Below, piece after piece: positions 10,876 through 23,037 of a stretch of 64,000 bases of DNA. Source of the stretch: Stylophora pistillata (taxonomy: Eukaryota); contig NW_019217786.1 in the NCBI RefSeq assembly GCF_002571385.2, forward strand, positions 1,782,284-1,846,283. Reading direction: 5' to 3'. Position numbers and translations under genes: made by a program. The notes below the pieces were generated by a model. It was not told the origin of the DNA, made no database searches, and worked only from the letters and a program-made list of their open reading frames with translations. Within the stretch, counting starts at the first letter, position 1; every line of letters starts with the position of its first letter.

Positions 10876-13800
10876 TCACTGTTTCTGATTTTTTGTAAGC
10901 GATTCTTGTTTGATTTTGTAATCATTCAGTGCAGCCTTGATAGCATCCTCTGCAAGCACTAAAATAAGAAGCAATCTTTGTCCATTAAATAAACTGCACA
11001 AGTCCTTAAAGAATAAGTATAACAGTCTTATTTCATAAAATATGAACAAAGGTTTTTCTTTCTACAAGACCTTCCATGAAAACACAGGTTATCATTAAGA
11101 TATTGTAAGATCTCACCCTATGCCTTACGCACAAGAAACCAAAGGATTAATAAAGATTACCAAGATCTACATATAACAAACATGATAGGTGAAAAATGCT
11201 AACAGAAAGAGCTAACTGGAGGCTATAGCTACAGTTTGCACCTTTGATAAACCAGTAAACAAAATTCATGATTGGCTTAACCCATTAGGTCACCCCCTAA
11301 TTCCTATAGTAGCAACACTGCTCTCCATAACATCAAGTTGCAAAATTGAAAAGGTCATTTAATTGTCAGTGAAAGTGTAAAATTGCTTTGCCAACTCAGG
11401 GTATCCATAATGAAGTGTTAGCTGATGTAGGGTGCCTTTAAGACTGACATAAAGGTAAGCCAGACATGGTAAGAACTCTTGTGACTAACTTTTGTTGGCT
11501 AGATAGCGCTTAGATGAAGGATCTACTGCAGCAGTGGCAACACAAACTTACTTGAACAGTGAAGTTTCACAGGTGGAAGAGACAGCTCCTTCGCAATCTC
11601 TGTGTTCTTAATATCTTTAGCATCAGTTATCTAGAACAAAAGAACATCAAATATCTACAACATACAAAGGATGTGGCTTGAAAGAAAAATAGCCTAGTTA
11701 TCACTACTTTACAACCTCCAAGACAAACACCAATGTTCAGTTAGTTGATTTTAACCCTCTGACTCCTAAGAGTGAGTGACCAGCCTCTAATTTCTCCCTA
11801 CAATATCACCCTTAAATCAAACATTAAGGTCATGAGAACAAAAGAAATTATTAGGAATTCAATAAGCTCTTGATCGTTGGACAAACTCTCTTGGTCAGCT
11901 CCTAAGGAAATGTATACAGAAATGTATGAAAAATAGTATGGGGAATATGTATTTTGATGTTAAGGCGTAAATGGTTCATTGATTCAAGCAGTTGTCCTTA
12001 CTGTTTTTCCTTTCACCCATTCAGTGGCAAGGGAACTTGAAGCAATGGCTGAACCACATCCAAATGTCTTGAACTTGGCATCCACAATTTTACCATTTTC
12101 ATCAACCCTGATCTGAAGGAATAAGCTCTGTTTAAATTTACCACGCAAATACTAATACATTCCTTGTGAAACATTTTGCAAGGCTTTCTCCATCTTGATC
12201 ACTCCTTATAAAGTTCTTTAGAAACAAATTTCACAATTGTGAGGGCCTATACACTGAATGCAAATATGGCGTCCAATTGGAATTGCTATTGTTCTGGACT
12301 CACTAGCCTCGTCTTCACGTGGAAACACAAAAGGATTATTACAAGTGTGAGAGGCTAGTGAGTCCAGAACAATGGCAACTTAAATTGGACACCATATTTG
12401 CATTCGGTGTATACAAATTTCAATCATCCCACTGAATTTCACTGACTGCAACCAAAAACAAAAGAAACTATAAGCCACCATGCAGAGAGCCATGCAGAGC
12501 CCTTTCAACCTCATTTGATACTAGTGTTACTGCACTCTTTGTGCTGACAATAAAATTTAAAACATCATTTTCAGTTATAATGATCTACTCCTGATTCAAA
12601 GATGAAATAAACAATTTTTAATATAAGAGAAAAATCGGGCTTCCAGATGGGAAGATCTGGAAACTCGATTTTTCTCTTACTCCTGATTTGAGCTTAGATA
12701 TATCTTAGATATCTTCTGAACAAAGACAGTACAGTACTGTTGTGTTCCCATGACAATTTTGGATTACAGACAGCTGCTCAGTGTGTCTAAGAATTCACAT
12801 TTGTTTGAACTTACAAAAATCAAAAACAAACCTGAAGTTTCATAACATCTCCACAAGCTGGAGCACCTACAAGTCCAGTGCCAACACTGGCATCATCCTT
12901 ATCCATGGATCCAACATTCCTTGGGTTTTCATAATGGTCAATTACCTGGTGAACAGGTTAAATGAAGATGTGTAAGAAAAGTCCACGAGTCAGACCTGCC
13001 TGTATGGTAAATCTTGACAGAATCCTTTTTGAGGAAATGATCTCACCCTTGTGAAGTTCTATTTGCCAACATTAGAAAAACTGCCAGGCCCAATTAATTA
13101 TCAATAAGGAAAGACCTCATTTGCAATTGCTCTCAATGCAAGTTTACAGAATGAAATAAAATACCTGATACCAGTACTACTTCAGTTTTGCAACTGAGGT
13201 GTTTCTTCATCTACAAAACAGTCTCAAACTATGGTTTAATAATGGGAATCAGAGCTTTGATGGTAATAAAGAAAAGATCTTATAGAGAAACAAATTTTGG
13301 AGAACACAATACATGATTCAAATAAGAATTTATTAACTTTGTTCTCCCACTCTGTTGATGTCATAATTAATTATCCAACTGCACAAATCAAGTACAAATA
13401 TCCTAAGATATTGCGCAGTTATTTAGACCAAAGAATAAAGGGGGTGAGTTTCTAAAGAAATTGTGGTGCTGCTTCAGCAGAGAAGTAAGATAAACTTGGT
13501 TGTAAATTGGCCATTGTTACAAATTTAAAAGCTGACATGGTTGTATGTGTTTCTATATGCAGAAAACTAAGACAGTTAGTTATGTTGAACTGTAAAAAAA
13601 CCCTTTTTAATAGGTTGGCTATGTTTGCGTGAGGTTGTAGAAGAGGAGAGAAAAAATCAGGTTGTTGCATAATAAAAAACTTCTTAGACGTTTTGGAGCA
13701 TAGTGACGTTTAGTATTTTCATATACTCATTGTTTTTATGATGCAACTTGTAAAAGTACTCAGCGATACTATACACCAAAACTTCTGATGGGAAAGATTT

Positions 13801-14472
13801 CCGTATAACCCCATACCAATCAAAAACAAAGCCGTAGTCCCAAAGGAAATCTGTTGTTTTGCCTCTGCTTTCCTTTATCCAAGAGCTGAATGCATAATGA
13901 AGTATGGGGTTAGACGGAAATCTTGCCATAAGATGTAATTAACCATGAAAAAAAAAAAAAACTACAACGACACATCATACTTAAAGGAAACTGTAGAAGG
14001 TACATTACATATGAAGGATTCCTATGAAAAGTTCTAGAGGAATAAGGTTTGAGGTACTTAAAGACGCACTTCATCAAACGTGAATAAAAACGTGACTCAA
14101 AAAATAAGCCAAACGATTTGATGTTGACTCGTTTAGAACTCGAAAAACAATCTTACGGGATCTATTTTCTCCGCCTTAACAATGGAGTATCTTCAAATAG
14201 CAGCCTTTTAATGCTGGTTTCAACAACAAGATTAACCAAATACAAATCTAATCACGGCCTTGTAGGTTTGAGCAAAGAGAATATTTAATGATCACGTCCG
14301 ATTGGCACGTGAGCTATAAACAGCTCGCTAAACTAACTTTTCACTCCGCATCTAGCTCCCAAAAGCTAAAGATAAAGGCACAACTTACATTCTTGTGATA
14401 GGCTGCAGCTGCAATCCTTTTACTTAATCCTGTCTTTGCTAGGTTCCTAAGACTATGGTTGAAAAGTGCCAT
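10876..14472 (-). CDS. ISCU: Iron-sulfur cluster assembly scaffold protein, mitochondrial (156 aa)
   Basis: Exons 14472-14389, 12945-12832, 12112-12002, 11630-11552, 10958-10876. [61 protein letters not shown]; basic N-terminal presequence. Confidence 0.98.
12248..12413. mobile_element. Palindromic MITE in ISCU intron 2
   Basis: About 60-bp imperfect TIRs TATACACTGAATGCAAATATGG..GTTCTGGACTCACTAGCCTC / GAGGCTAGTGAGTCCAGAAC..CCATATTTGCATTCGGTGTATA, with TA ends. Confidence 0.8.
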
Positions 14473-15714
14473 TTTCGATTCGTTATGCAAGACTGTTGTC
14501 TTCTCAAACCGTAATACTTTTTCTTCGTGACTTAACAAATGTACTCAAGTATCAGAGGCCGCGGTAATTCGAAACCGCGGGCGCACAAGGGCTTTCTCAA
14601 TCACCTCGGTCTCAATCCCACTCCTCATATCTCGCGCGCATGGATTATCAGTGTTAACGCCTTTGTGACGTGACTTACTCTCTACTTCTTGCTCTCTTCA
14701 GTTCTTCTGCACTAACAGTTGCGCATCAACACGACAAATAGCTAATCACTTTCTTCCTACTGATTTCCTGATTTTTGCGCTGTTCCGCATCAACAATGCT
14801 AAGCCAGGTGAACTCTGATAACGTGGTCATCTTTTTAGTTTCCCACTCGTAAAACTAGTACTTGGCTTATGAAAGGTGGTTTAGGATAGGAGGAGCCTTT
14901 AAATTTCCCAGTTTTGCTCTGTTATCGGTGGAAGTACTAAACCGCTTTCCGCGACACATTTCGTCGGGTTGAGATGTTTAGATTTCACTAGTGCACATAA
15001 AAAATCCAACACAAGACCGGGAACTGGTCAACTGGAGCACTCTAAAAGTGGAAAGCTAAGTATCGACTGCTTCTTACCCATACATTTAAAATATAAGAAA
15101 TCTTCAAAACTCTTTACGATGGCCAACTTACATTTTCAACTCAGTTGACATATCAAAATTACCTTGTCATACTCCATCATAGCCTGCAGGAGTTAGCCTG
15201 CGTGCTAGCCCTCAATAATTATGAGCGCGGTAGGACATGCGTCTCTCGGCACGCAGGAAGATTTAGAACATGTCGCCATAATAGGTCAAGACCCTTCGCA
15301 GACCTCACGCCCATTCGCATTGCTCAGGGGTTAAAAATATGAAGGAAAGCTCTTGCCGAAGAGCCAATAAAAAGCTGAGTAGAAGCAGGCTTGACCTTAA
15401 GTTATTATGGGAAGACAAAACGCCAAAGGTAATCCCATTCCCTTCAGTGGCTTTATACTTTTTGCCACTGAATTAATCCAGATCTGGAGCTTGTGCAGAG
15501 GTTGAATATTAAGGTCTCCCTTTTTTGCGCAAGTGGAAATGACACCAATCTCCAAAAAAAAAACGGGGAAAAAAGGAAAAAAAAAAAACCTAAATCAAAC
15601 GTACAGAAGGGGAAGTTGGCTGTTTTCCCAAGCAATCTAAAATACAGCCATCAAAATAAGAAGTAAACGGTAAGAACGTTGAATTTTTATTTCTGCTGTC
15701 TCAAGAGGGCCACA

Positions 15715-18700
15715 TTAGTAGCCATAGTTTTCCAACACTTCATTCACAGACTTTAGCTCCTCAGCCTTGTTCTGCAAGGCTTTCTGTTTTAGTTTCTGAA
15801 AAGAAAAGGAAAGGGAAAGTGTTATGGAACGACTTATACTCTGCTGAGGGGCCAGCCAGCAACATTCAAGATTACCTTGAATATCAACTAGGTAAGACTG
15901 TTGGTGGAATGATGAATAATAATAAAATGGGGGCAAGTTAAACAGAGCTTCACTCAACTTACCACTACCCAAGATCTTAGAGCAATTCTCCTCAATATCA
16001 GCCATGCATTTCTTAAAAAGTTGGTTCTGGGAATTTGATGTTTTAAACAGTACCCCGTTTGATATTTCTCTTTGTTCTCATTATCTCTCAGTTGAGAATT
16101 TATTGTTATAGTTAGGATGAATAGTAGTGCTTCTTCACCACTGAAACTAAAGGAGTTAGATCAGTTGATAAATAGATCTGATTTAATCTGCATCTCACCT
16201 CAACTTTCTTCTTGTGTTCATAGTACACAGCAGCTTTGGCTTTACGCTTCTCTTCAAGGGTTTCAAGGACATCCTGAGAACATAGATGCACTGAATTAAA
16301 ATACATAATTTGTTTCTTTGTGCCTCAACAAATTTAGGGTTAGGAAAGCACAATCTTCAATCTCCATAAATAAATGTAACTCCATCTAAGAATTATTTAA
16401 AGCAGTTCATCAACTTGTTCAAACATTAACTGAATACCCATTCCACATAAATACTGTATGTCATGAAACCCTCCAAATTAAGTATTCTGCCCGCTAAACT
16501 GCTGGATGGCCCAAGTTGTTGTTTTTGCACTGTATGAATCAGTACTGTTAACACAGGGCACTAGACTCTAAGCTACTTAAACCTCTTTTTACCATAATTG
16601 CTTATCAAACATCACACAGTTAATGAAATACCATCAGCGATATTTTTAACAGAAGCAATTTCCCATATTGAGTGGAATTGACTGCATTATTGACCATGAA
16701 CAGGTTTAGAAGTGTAAATCAACTCCACATTCAGAATTTGATGACTCATGTTACTCTAGGTTCATGCAATGAGTATGAGGGAGTATAAACGTTTAAATGG
16801 TGTTACTGTTATACTTTGAAATGTCAAGAGGACAACAAACCTTGTACTTCCAGCCAACCTCATGAGACAGTCTACCCAACACACAGTACTAAAGTATGAA
16901 AATACAAAATCAATCACTTAAAGCAAGCAATTATACTTGCTGAGTTCATATCATAATAATAATAACGAATATTTATACAGGATAGCCCTTCAGTGCAAGA
17001 GCACTGTTATCAATGGGGTCCTGTCTGAATAACATAACATAAGGATAAAAACTAGAATAAGATAAGAATGACTACGCAACTAACTAAATGCCCTATACAA
17101 GAAATTGATCTAAAGACTCCTTAAATAGTACCCTACTGCTAATTTACTTGATTTTTAAAGGTAAAAAATTAAAAGCTGAAGCTCCTAAAAAATAAAAACT
17201 TTTCCGAGCAAAGTCAAGTCTCACTTTTGGCAGAGCAACGGTGGTCCTGCTGTTCCTTGTATTAAAATCGTGGGTTAACAATTTCAAATATTCTTTGAAA
17301 GGACTACTAGACACATTTGTTGTTTAGAATGCTTAATAAAGACTTTATTATTATTATTAAGTCTAAAAAATATATGAAAACTAGCCAGACAATTAGACCT
17401 TTACCAAATTTTGCAAGGGACTCTCATTTCTACAACACTAACCATGCATAAACCTCATTGTTATATAAACATCAATGACACACCAAGTGAGCTTTCGCAC
17501 AAAAATATATCTTCTGATCACTGTTGCTATGTGAAATGATTTATATGATATAAATATTTCAGATTTTTCAACACTCAAGAGACATTTCATTTCTCTGCAC
17601 GGCCATGTAATATCCTCTATTTACAGTTCTGCTTAATATGGTGCCCCCTTAATACAGGTTCAACTGTGTTATGATTTTTCCAGACTCCAATTAATATTCC
17701 CAAACTTCCCTTGACCTTAACCTATTGACGTACAGTGGGCCTGTATGCGCCCATGGGGACCCACACCCTTTCTACGCCTTGTGAAGTCATCACTTTTAAC
17801 CCTGGAGTACGAATTTGAGCATGTACTTGAACAGGTTGAAAATATCTTACAAACGATACTAGAATGAGTGCAATTGAGTGAAGGAGATTGGAGAAATAGC
17901 CAAAAAACCATGTAACTTTGACCTGAAAATCTGCACAAAAATCTTGTTCCATTACCCACCTACCTTTCTGAGCATGTGGTTTGAAAATAATGCGAAGTTT
18001 CTGAAAAATCTCTACACCAAAATCAAGCCTACTAAATTTCCAGCAAGTGAGGAGAAACTTCAGGCAAGGAGAGGGGAAAAAATGGGCAGGAGAAAGAGAG
18101 AAAAGTAAAAGTCGTAAGTGGGGCATAACTTTTCAACCCTAAAAACTATCTCCAAATTTTGCTTTCTGCGCGTGCCCGAGATTTTCAGGCTGCCATTTTG
18201 CATTTGGATCGAAAGGCTGTCAAGGGGTTTTTGGTAAGTTTGAGCTTTTAAAACCACAACAGTGACCTGAAATCTGCTCGACTAGCTTCAAAACACAGTT
18301 TTCCACAAAAGCTGTGGCCATTAATGGGTTAAAGAATTTTGTCTCCTTTTTCCCTGACCATTTCCTGACCTGTGACAACTCACTTTCAGTGCACCAGAGT
18401 AACTTACCTTCCTTCCTGGCTTGAGACGGACAACTCTCAGAGCTGAAGGCACCACCATTCTCTTTTCCTACAAAATGATTATAGTAAAAAAACAAACGGA
18501 TGTCGGATCAACTTGAGCAGCTGGCAATGTATAATTGTAACAACATGGTATAAAAAAAAGGCTGCTTAGGGAAAAAGGGAAAAAAATTCTTAAATTCTTC
18601 CACAAATCAAAATACTATAACTTCTCATTTTGTACCACATTAGCCATTTATGACGGCAACAATCGCTATGATAATAATCTTATTTTGGGTAGCATAGAGA

Positions 18701-21235
18701 AGATAATCCGTCTGGATGTTGACAACATCTTACTGTTATAGGACAGTATGAGCAATGTAACTTACCTTGTCATGCGGAGGAGGCACACCATCAAATACTT
18801 TTAGACGGTTCATTGCCTCTGTTCCTCTCTTGTTCTTGTGTGGGATCATTCCTACACAAATACCAGGTATAAGCTCAACTTAAGTATTTGCTAAGGCAAA
18901 TTTTGTATTGTTACTCTGAACAATTCTCTCTATAGCAAGCCAACAAACTATTAATCCATGGATAAAACAGGAGTGACTTTAAAGGTAGTCTTAGTAACCA
19001 AAAATGTAAATTTACCTCTTACGGTTCTCCATACAATTCTGCTTGGAGCACGGAAATGAAAAGGTCCCCTGCTTGGTTTGGTGTTAGTTCTCTTGCGAAG
19101 GAAATCAAGATACTTCACTGAAAACAAACATCAGGACATAAAGTCAATCATTCTCATAACTTAATAAGAGCAGAATATTCAGATATTTTGACATCATATT
19201 TGTTCAAATACTAAATTTGTTCAAATACATAGGGCCAATAGAAATGAATTTTTACTCAAAGCCACTAGCTATGACTGGTGATAAAACATCCTTTTTTCAT
19301 GCTGTGCACTGCAAAATCCTTTGAAATAGACCTTAGTGGGAATTTTTTTTCCTTTTGTGAATCACTTTCTACTTTGACTTAACAAGCAATCAATTGCCAA
19401 CTAGGATGATCTTAAGACTGTCCACTATTTTGGCTAACTCTGTCATCTGCTACAAAAAAAATTAGCAAAAAACCCCAGCTATTATGGCATACAAAGCTAT
19501 TTCATATCAGGGGATACATAGAAGTTATAATGTCCACTCTGTACAACTTAAGAGTTACTGATCAATTTCTAACAGAAACATACGCTGGTGAATTGAGGGT
19601 CTTCCTTCTGTTACTTTAAGTTCTATACTGTAAGTTACAGACCAAGTTTTTTCCAATTTGATTATGGCCCAAGAGTGAAGCCCTTAGGCCTTAAATCAGA
19701 GCAGAATAAAACAAGGTTTGGTTAACTAGCAATATGGACCTAGAAAATGAGGTTAGTCCGATGTTTATTCCATCTTTGGGTTAAAATAGAGGGGGTAGAT
19801 TTCAATTCAAACAAACTTTTGAATTTAGTGGGCCTTAGAGTGAAATAAGGCCCACTAAATTCACCATTAGTAGCACACAAACTAACTGAGAGACCTAATA
19901 ACACATTTTATGATGAAGTGTAAAGTATTTAGGACTTGCATAAAAGGGCAGTTAGAGGTGACCTTGAATAGTAGAGTTGGAATCTAGTAACCTGTTTGTG
20001 CCCATCTGCTCGTAAGCAAAGAGGATTGTTTCATAGCAAAGACAGTTCCAAACATGCTTCTTTTCAAAAGTTTGCCAACCAAATATATTTGTCGTATAAT
20101 CTATTGCCATGAGATGATTTGGAGAAAATGCATTGATATTAAAACTATACTCAGAATTACTGTAATGCAAATACAACTTACACTTGTTCCTGAAGAAGCT
20201 GCCACTGATGTTTACTTGTTCACAGCGTACAACAACTATTCTTTGCCCTGTGCAAAAAGACACAGGTTTAGTCTGGGAACTCACAATGAAATGTCATTTG
20301 TTCTTTGGGTCATTACACAGTAAAATCAATGGACAACGACTCCTACTAAAAATTGAAGTTATCAATCAAAGTTGTCCAAATATTTTGGGAGTATGCTTAG
20401 AAAGGTGTGCTGAATGAGGTTCCATTAATTGTTGGAAGTATGGGGGTGTAAGTACAATTCTAAATGGAACTGGCAACACCACGGTAGACAAATTTTCTAG
20501 AAGATTTGCGAGTACACCGACTGCACATTGTTGACCAGGCAGAAACATGTTTAAGGAATCATTTAAAAACAACACTTCATGCAAATAAATTTAACACTTC
20601 CTTTCAATCAGTTTTACTTTTCTGGCTGACAATTGCTTACTAAATTTCCAAATATATAACAAAGTAAACTAGTACATGACTCCCACTAGAAAATAGAGAA
20701 GTCTAGACATAATTAAGGTTTTCAATCGACTTCAATTGATTTTTACCATGCTCAAAGCCGACGATGACCCTCAGCTGAAAAATGTAGTAATATCTTGCCT
20801 TGTTTACAAGACTTGCTTTCGTGAAATATTCACCAAGGTAGCAGACGTACTCTTAACTGTGGTTGCGAGTACCACTTACCTGTTAGAAGGCTCTTTGCGA
20901 TCGTGGATGCTAACCGGCCTAACAAATGGCCTGAAGCGTCGATGACAATTGGCTGCAATTGAATATTAGGGCAGTTTCAAATTTATACCCACAAGTTACG
21001 GTTAAAATAGCTTTGTTATGATTTACGACAAATTATTTCCCACATGTTCGCCAAAGATTGTTTCTCTAGTAGTGGGTAATTCTCGGGCATTTTGACTTAA
21101 TATCACAAAAGTAGACCAGTCAATAGAAGAATGAATACAATAGTTAATATAATTCCGTATTAGTTTAATTTAAGAGGCGATCGTAAGGGAGAACATCGTC
21201 AATTTATTCTTCGCCTTTACCTTTTCAAACCCCAT
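15715..21235 (-). CDS. RPL13A: 60S ribosomal protein L13a (uL13, 201 aa)
   Basis: Exons 21235-21221, 20952-20880, 20247-20182, 19117-19016, 18851-18766, 18467-18408, 16888-16841, 16273-16199, 15795-15715 (606 nt). [96 protein letters not shown] at 15691-15686. Confidence 0.98.
16953..17330 (-). mobile_element. 5'-truncated LINE 3' end (CR1/L2 group) in RPL13A intron 6
   Basis: Minus strand reads [38 protein letters not shown], a typical ORF2 C-terminus, followed by a short (TTA)n tail near 16953-16964. Confidence 0.75.
17721..18328. mobile_element. TTAA-flanked (piggyBac-like) non-autonomous element
   Basis: TTAA at 17717-17720 and 18329-18332; degenerate termini CCTATTGACG / CATTAATGGG. 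Confidence 0.5.
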
Positions 21236-21246
21236 GTCGGAGCTGC

Positions 21247-21257
21247 AAAGAGAAAGG
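21247..21257 (-). promoter_or_regulatory. 5'TOP / TCT-type pyrimidine initiator of RPL13A
   Basis: CCTTTCTCTTT about 11 nt upstream of the ATG on the minus strand, typical of ribosomal protein genes. Confidence 0.7.
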
Positions 21258-21766
21258 CCGACCTACACATGCGAGCCTGATATCAGGGGAGGCCAAACGG
21301 AATGGGAAGGGGTGAGCCAGGTCGCAAAGCACAATCTTGGTCACCAGTTTCTTTCATCCAAAAGTGGAATAATTTAATATTTATAAGATGGAAATGACTG
21401 AAACATCAACTGGAGGGCGCCTCGCCAACAAAAATATATTAATATCCCATTAAAAAAAAATACAAGGAATGAAATTAGTTTTCCCTGGATTTTCCTTCTC
21501 CATCCTGTGACCATCAAACCAAACACATTCTACATAAGTATAAAAGGCCTAATTTTTGCAGTCTGTTTTGAGCACATAACTTAAGTCATATTGCCGTCAA
21601 GTTCACATTTACACAATCACTCACAAAACTTGGTGATGATTCTCAGTTGTAAAATTCTCAACAAAAGCATGGACTAGGGATGGCAATTTCTTGCATTAAA
21701 AGAAAAAGAAAAAAAAAACATTCCGTGCACTTTCAAGCTTCAGTGAAGCATTCAGAAAGGGCATAT

Positions 21767-22454
21767 NNNNNNNNNNNNNNNNNNNNNNNNNNNNNNNNNN
21801 NNNNNNNNNNNNNNNNNNNNNNNNNNNNNNNNNNNNNNNNNNNNNNNNNNNNNNNNNNNNNNNNNNNNNNNNNNNNNNNNNNNNNNNNNNNNNNNNNNNN
21901 NNNNNNNNNNNNNNNNNNNNNNNNNNNNNNNNNNNNNNNNNNNNNNNNNNNNNNNNNNNNNNNNNNNNNNNNNNNNNNNNNNNNNNNNNNNNNNNNNNNN
22001 NNNNNNNNNNNNNNNNNNNNNNNNNNNNNNNNNNNNNNNNNNNNNNNNNNNNNNNNNNNNNNNNNNNNNNNNNNNNNNNNNNNNNNNNNNNNNNNNNNNN
22101 NNNNNNNNNNNNNNNNNNNNNNNNNNNNNNNNNNNNNNNNNNNNNNNNNNNNNNNNNNNNNNNNNNNNNNNNNNNNNNNNNNNNNNNNNNNNNNNNNNNN
22201 NNNNNNNNNNNNNNNNNNNNNNNNNNNNNNNNNNNNNNNNNNNNNNNNNNNNNNNNNNNNNNNNNNNNNNNNNNNNNNNNNNNNNNNNNNNNNNNNNNNN
22301 NNNNNNNNNNNNNNNNNNNNNNNNNNNNNNNNNNNNNNNNNNNNNNNNNNNNNNNNNNNNNNNNNNNNNNNNNNNNNNNNNNNNNNNNNNNNNNNNNNNN
22401 NNNNNNNNNNNNNNNNNNNNNNNNNNNNNNNNNNNNNNNNNNNNNNNNNNNNNN
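21767..22454. other. Assembly gap
   Basis: Run of N. Confidence 1.
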
Positions 22455-22596
22455 AAAATCGTTTGTATCTGGCGCATGTCAAACTCATTTGTAGCTTAAA
22501 GGTCAAACAAGGATTGTCACTCACTGAATTGGCTCACCATTAAGTCTTGTGATCGCCTTCATATGAAATTGTTTTTTGTTGTTGTTGTTGTTGTTA

Positions 22597-22727
22597 AGTC
22601 CACGTTTTACTAGTCCGCGTTTTACTAGTCCGTGTTTTACTAGTCCGCGTTTTACTAGTCCGCGTTTTACTAGTCCGCGTTTTACTAGTCCGCGTTTTAC
22701 TAGTCCGCGTTTTACTAGTCTGTGTTT
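22597..22727. repeat. 15-bp minisatellite (AGTCCGCGTTTTACT) x8 plus a partial unit, preceded by (GTT)n
   Basis: Directly visible; it accounts for the SPRFT / KRGLV / SKTRT repetitive ORFs. Confidence 0.97.
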
Positions 22728-23037
22728 CACATTTCTTGGCTGTCTCACATTTCAAAATATTCAAAAGTTGATAAATGATGATACAATTGTAACAAAATCG
22801 CAAAAAAATAACATCTAATAGATCTATGACATTTATATAAAGTATAAAAGATCAAAACTTGTAGCATGAAGGTAAACAATTCGATCTTTAATTAATAACT
22901 CTTTTTGAGTGAATTGAAATTACATTCTGTTTTTTGTCAATTCATACAGCTTTTACAAAGCTTTAAATATTATCAACTGAATATGTATTATTTGCATAGC
23001 ACAATGATAAGGACTAGTTCACCTAAATTTAAATGTT

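Noticed and set aside
19123-19205. C/D snoRNA-like pattern (ATGATGT..CTGA with terminal stem) in RPL13A intron 3
   Set aside because: The D box is only about 13 nt from the 3' splice site, the stem uses the polypyrimidine tract, and no rRNA guide was recognised.
21680-22543. Long ORFs of 241-287 aa
   Set aside because: Artefacts of the N run; the same applies to 34710-35538 and 38929-39225.
22521-22818. Repetitive ORFs (SPRFT / KRGLV / SKTRT) and a superficially CRISPR-like array
   Set aside because: A pure 15-bp tandem minisatellite with no unique spacers, in eukaryotic DNA.
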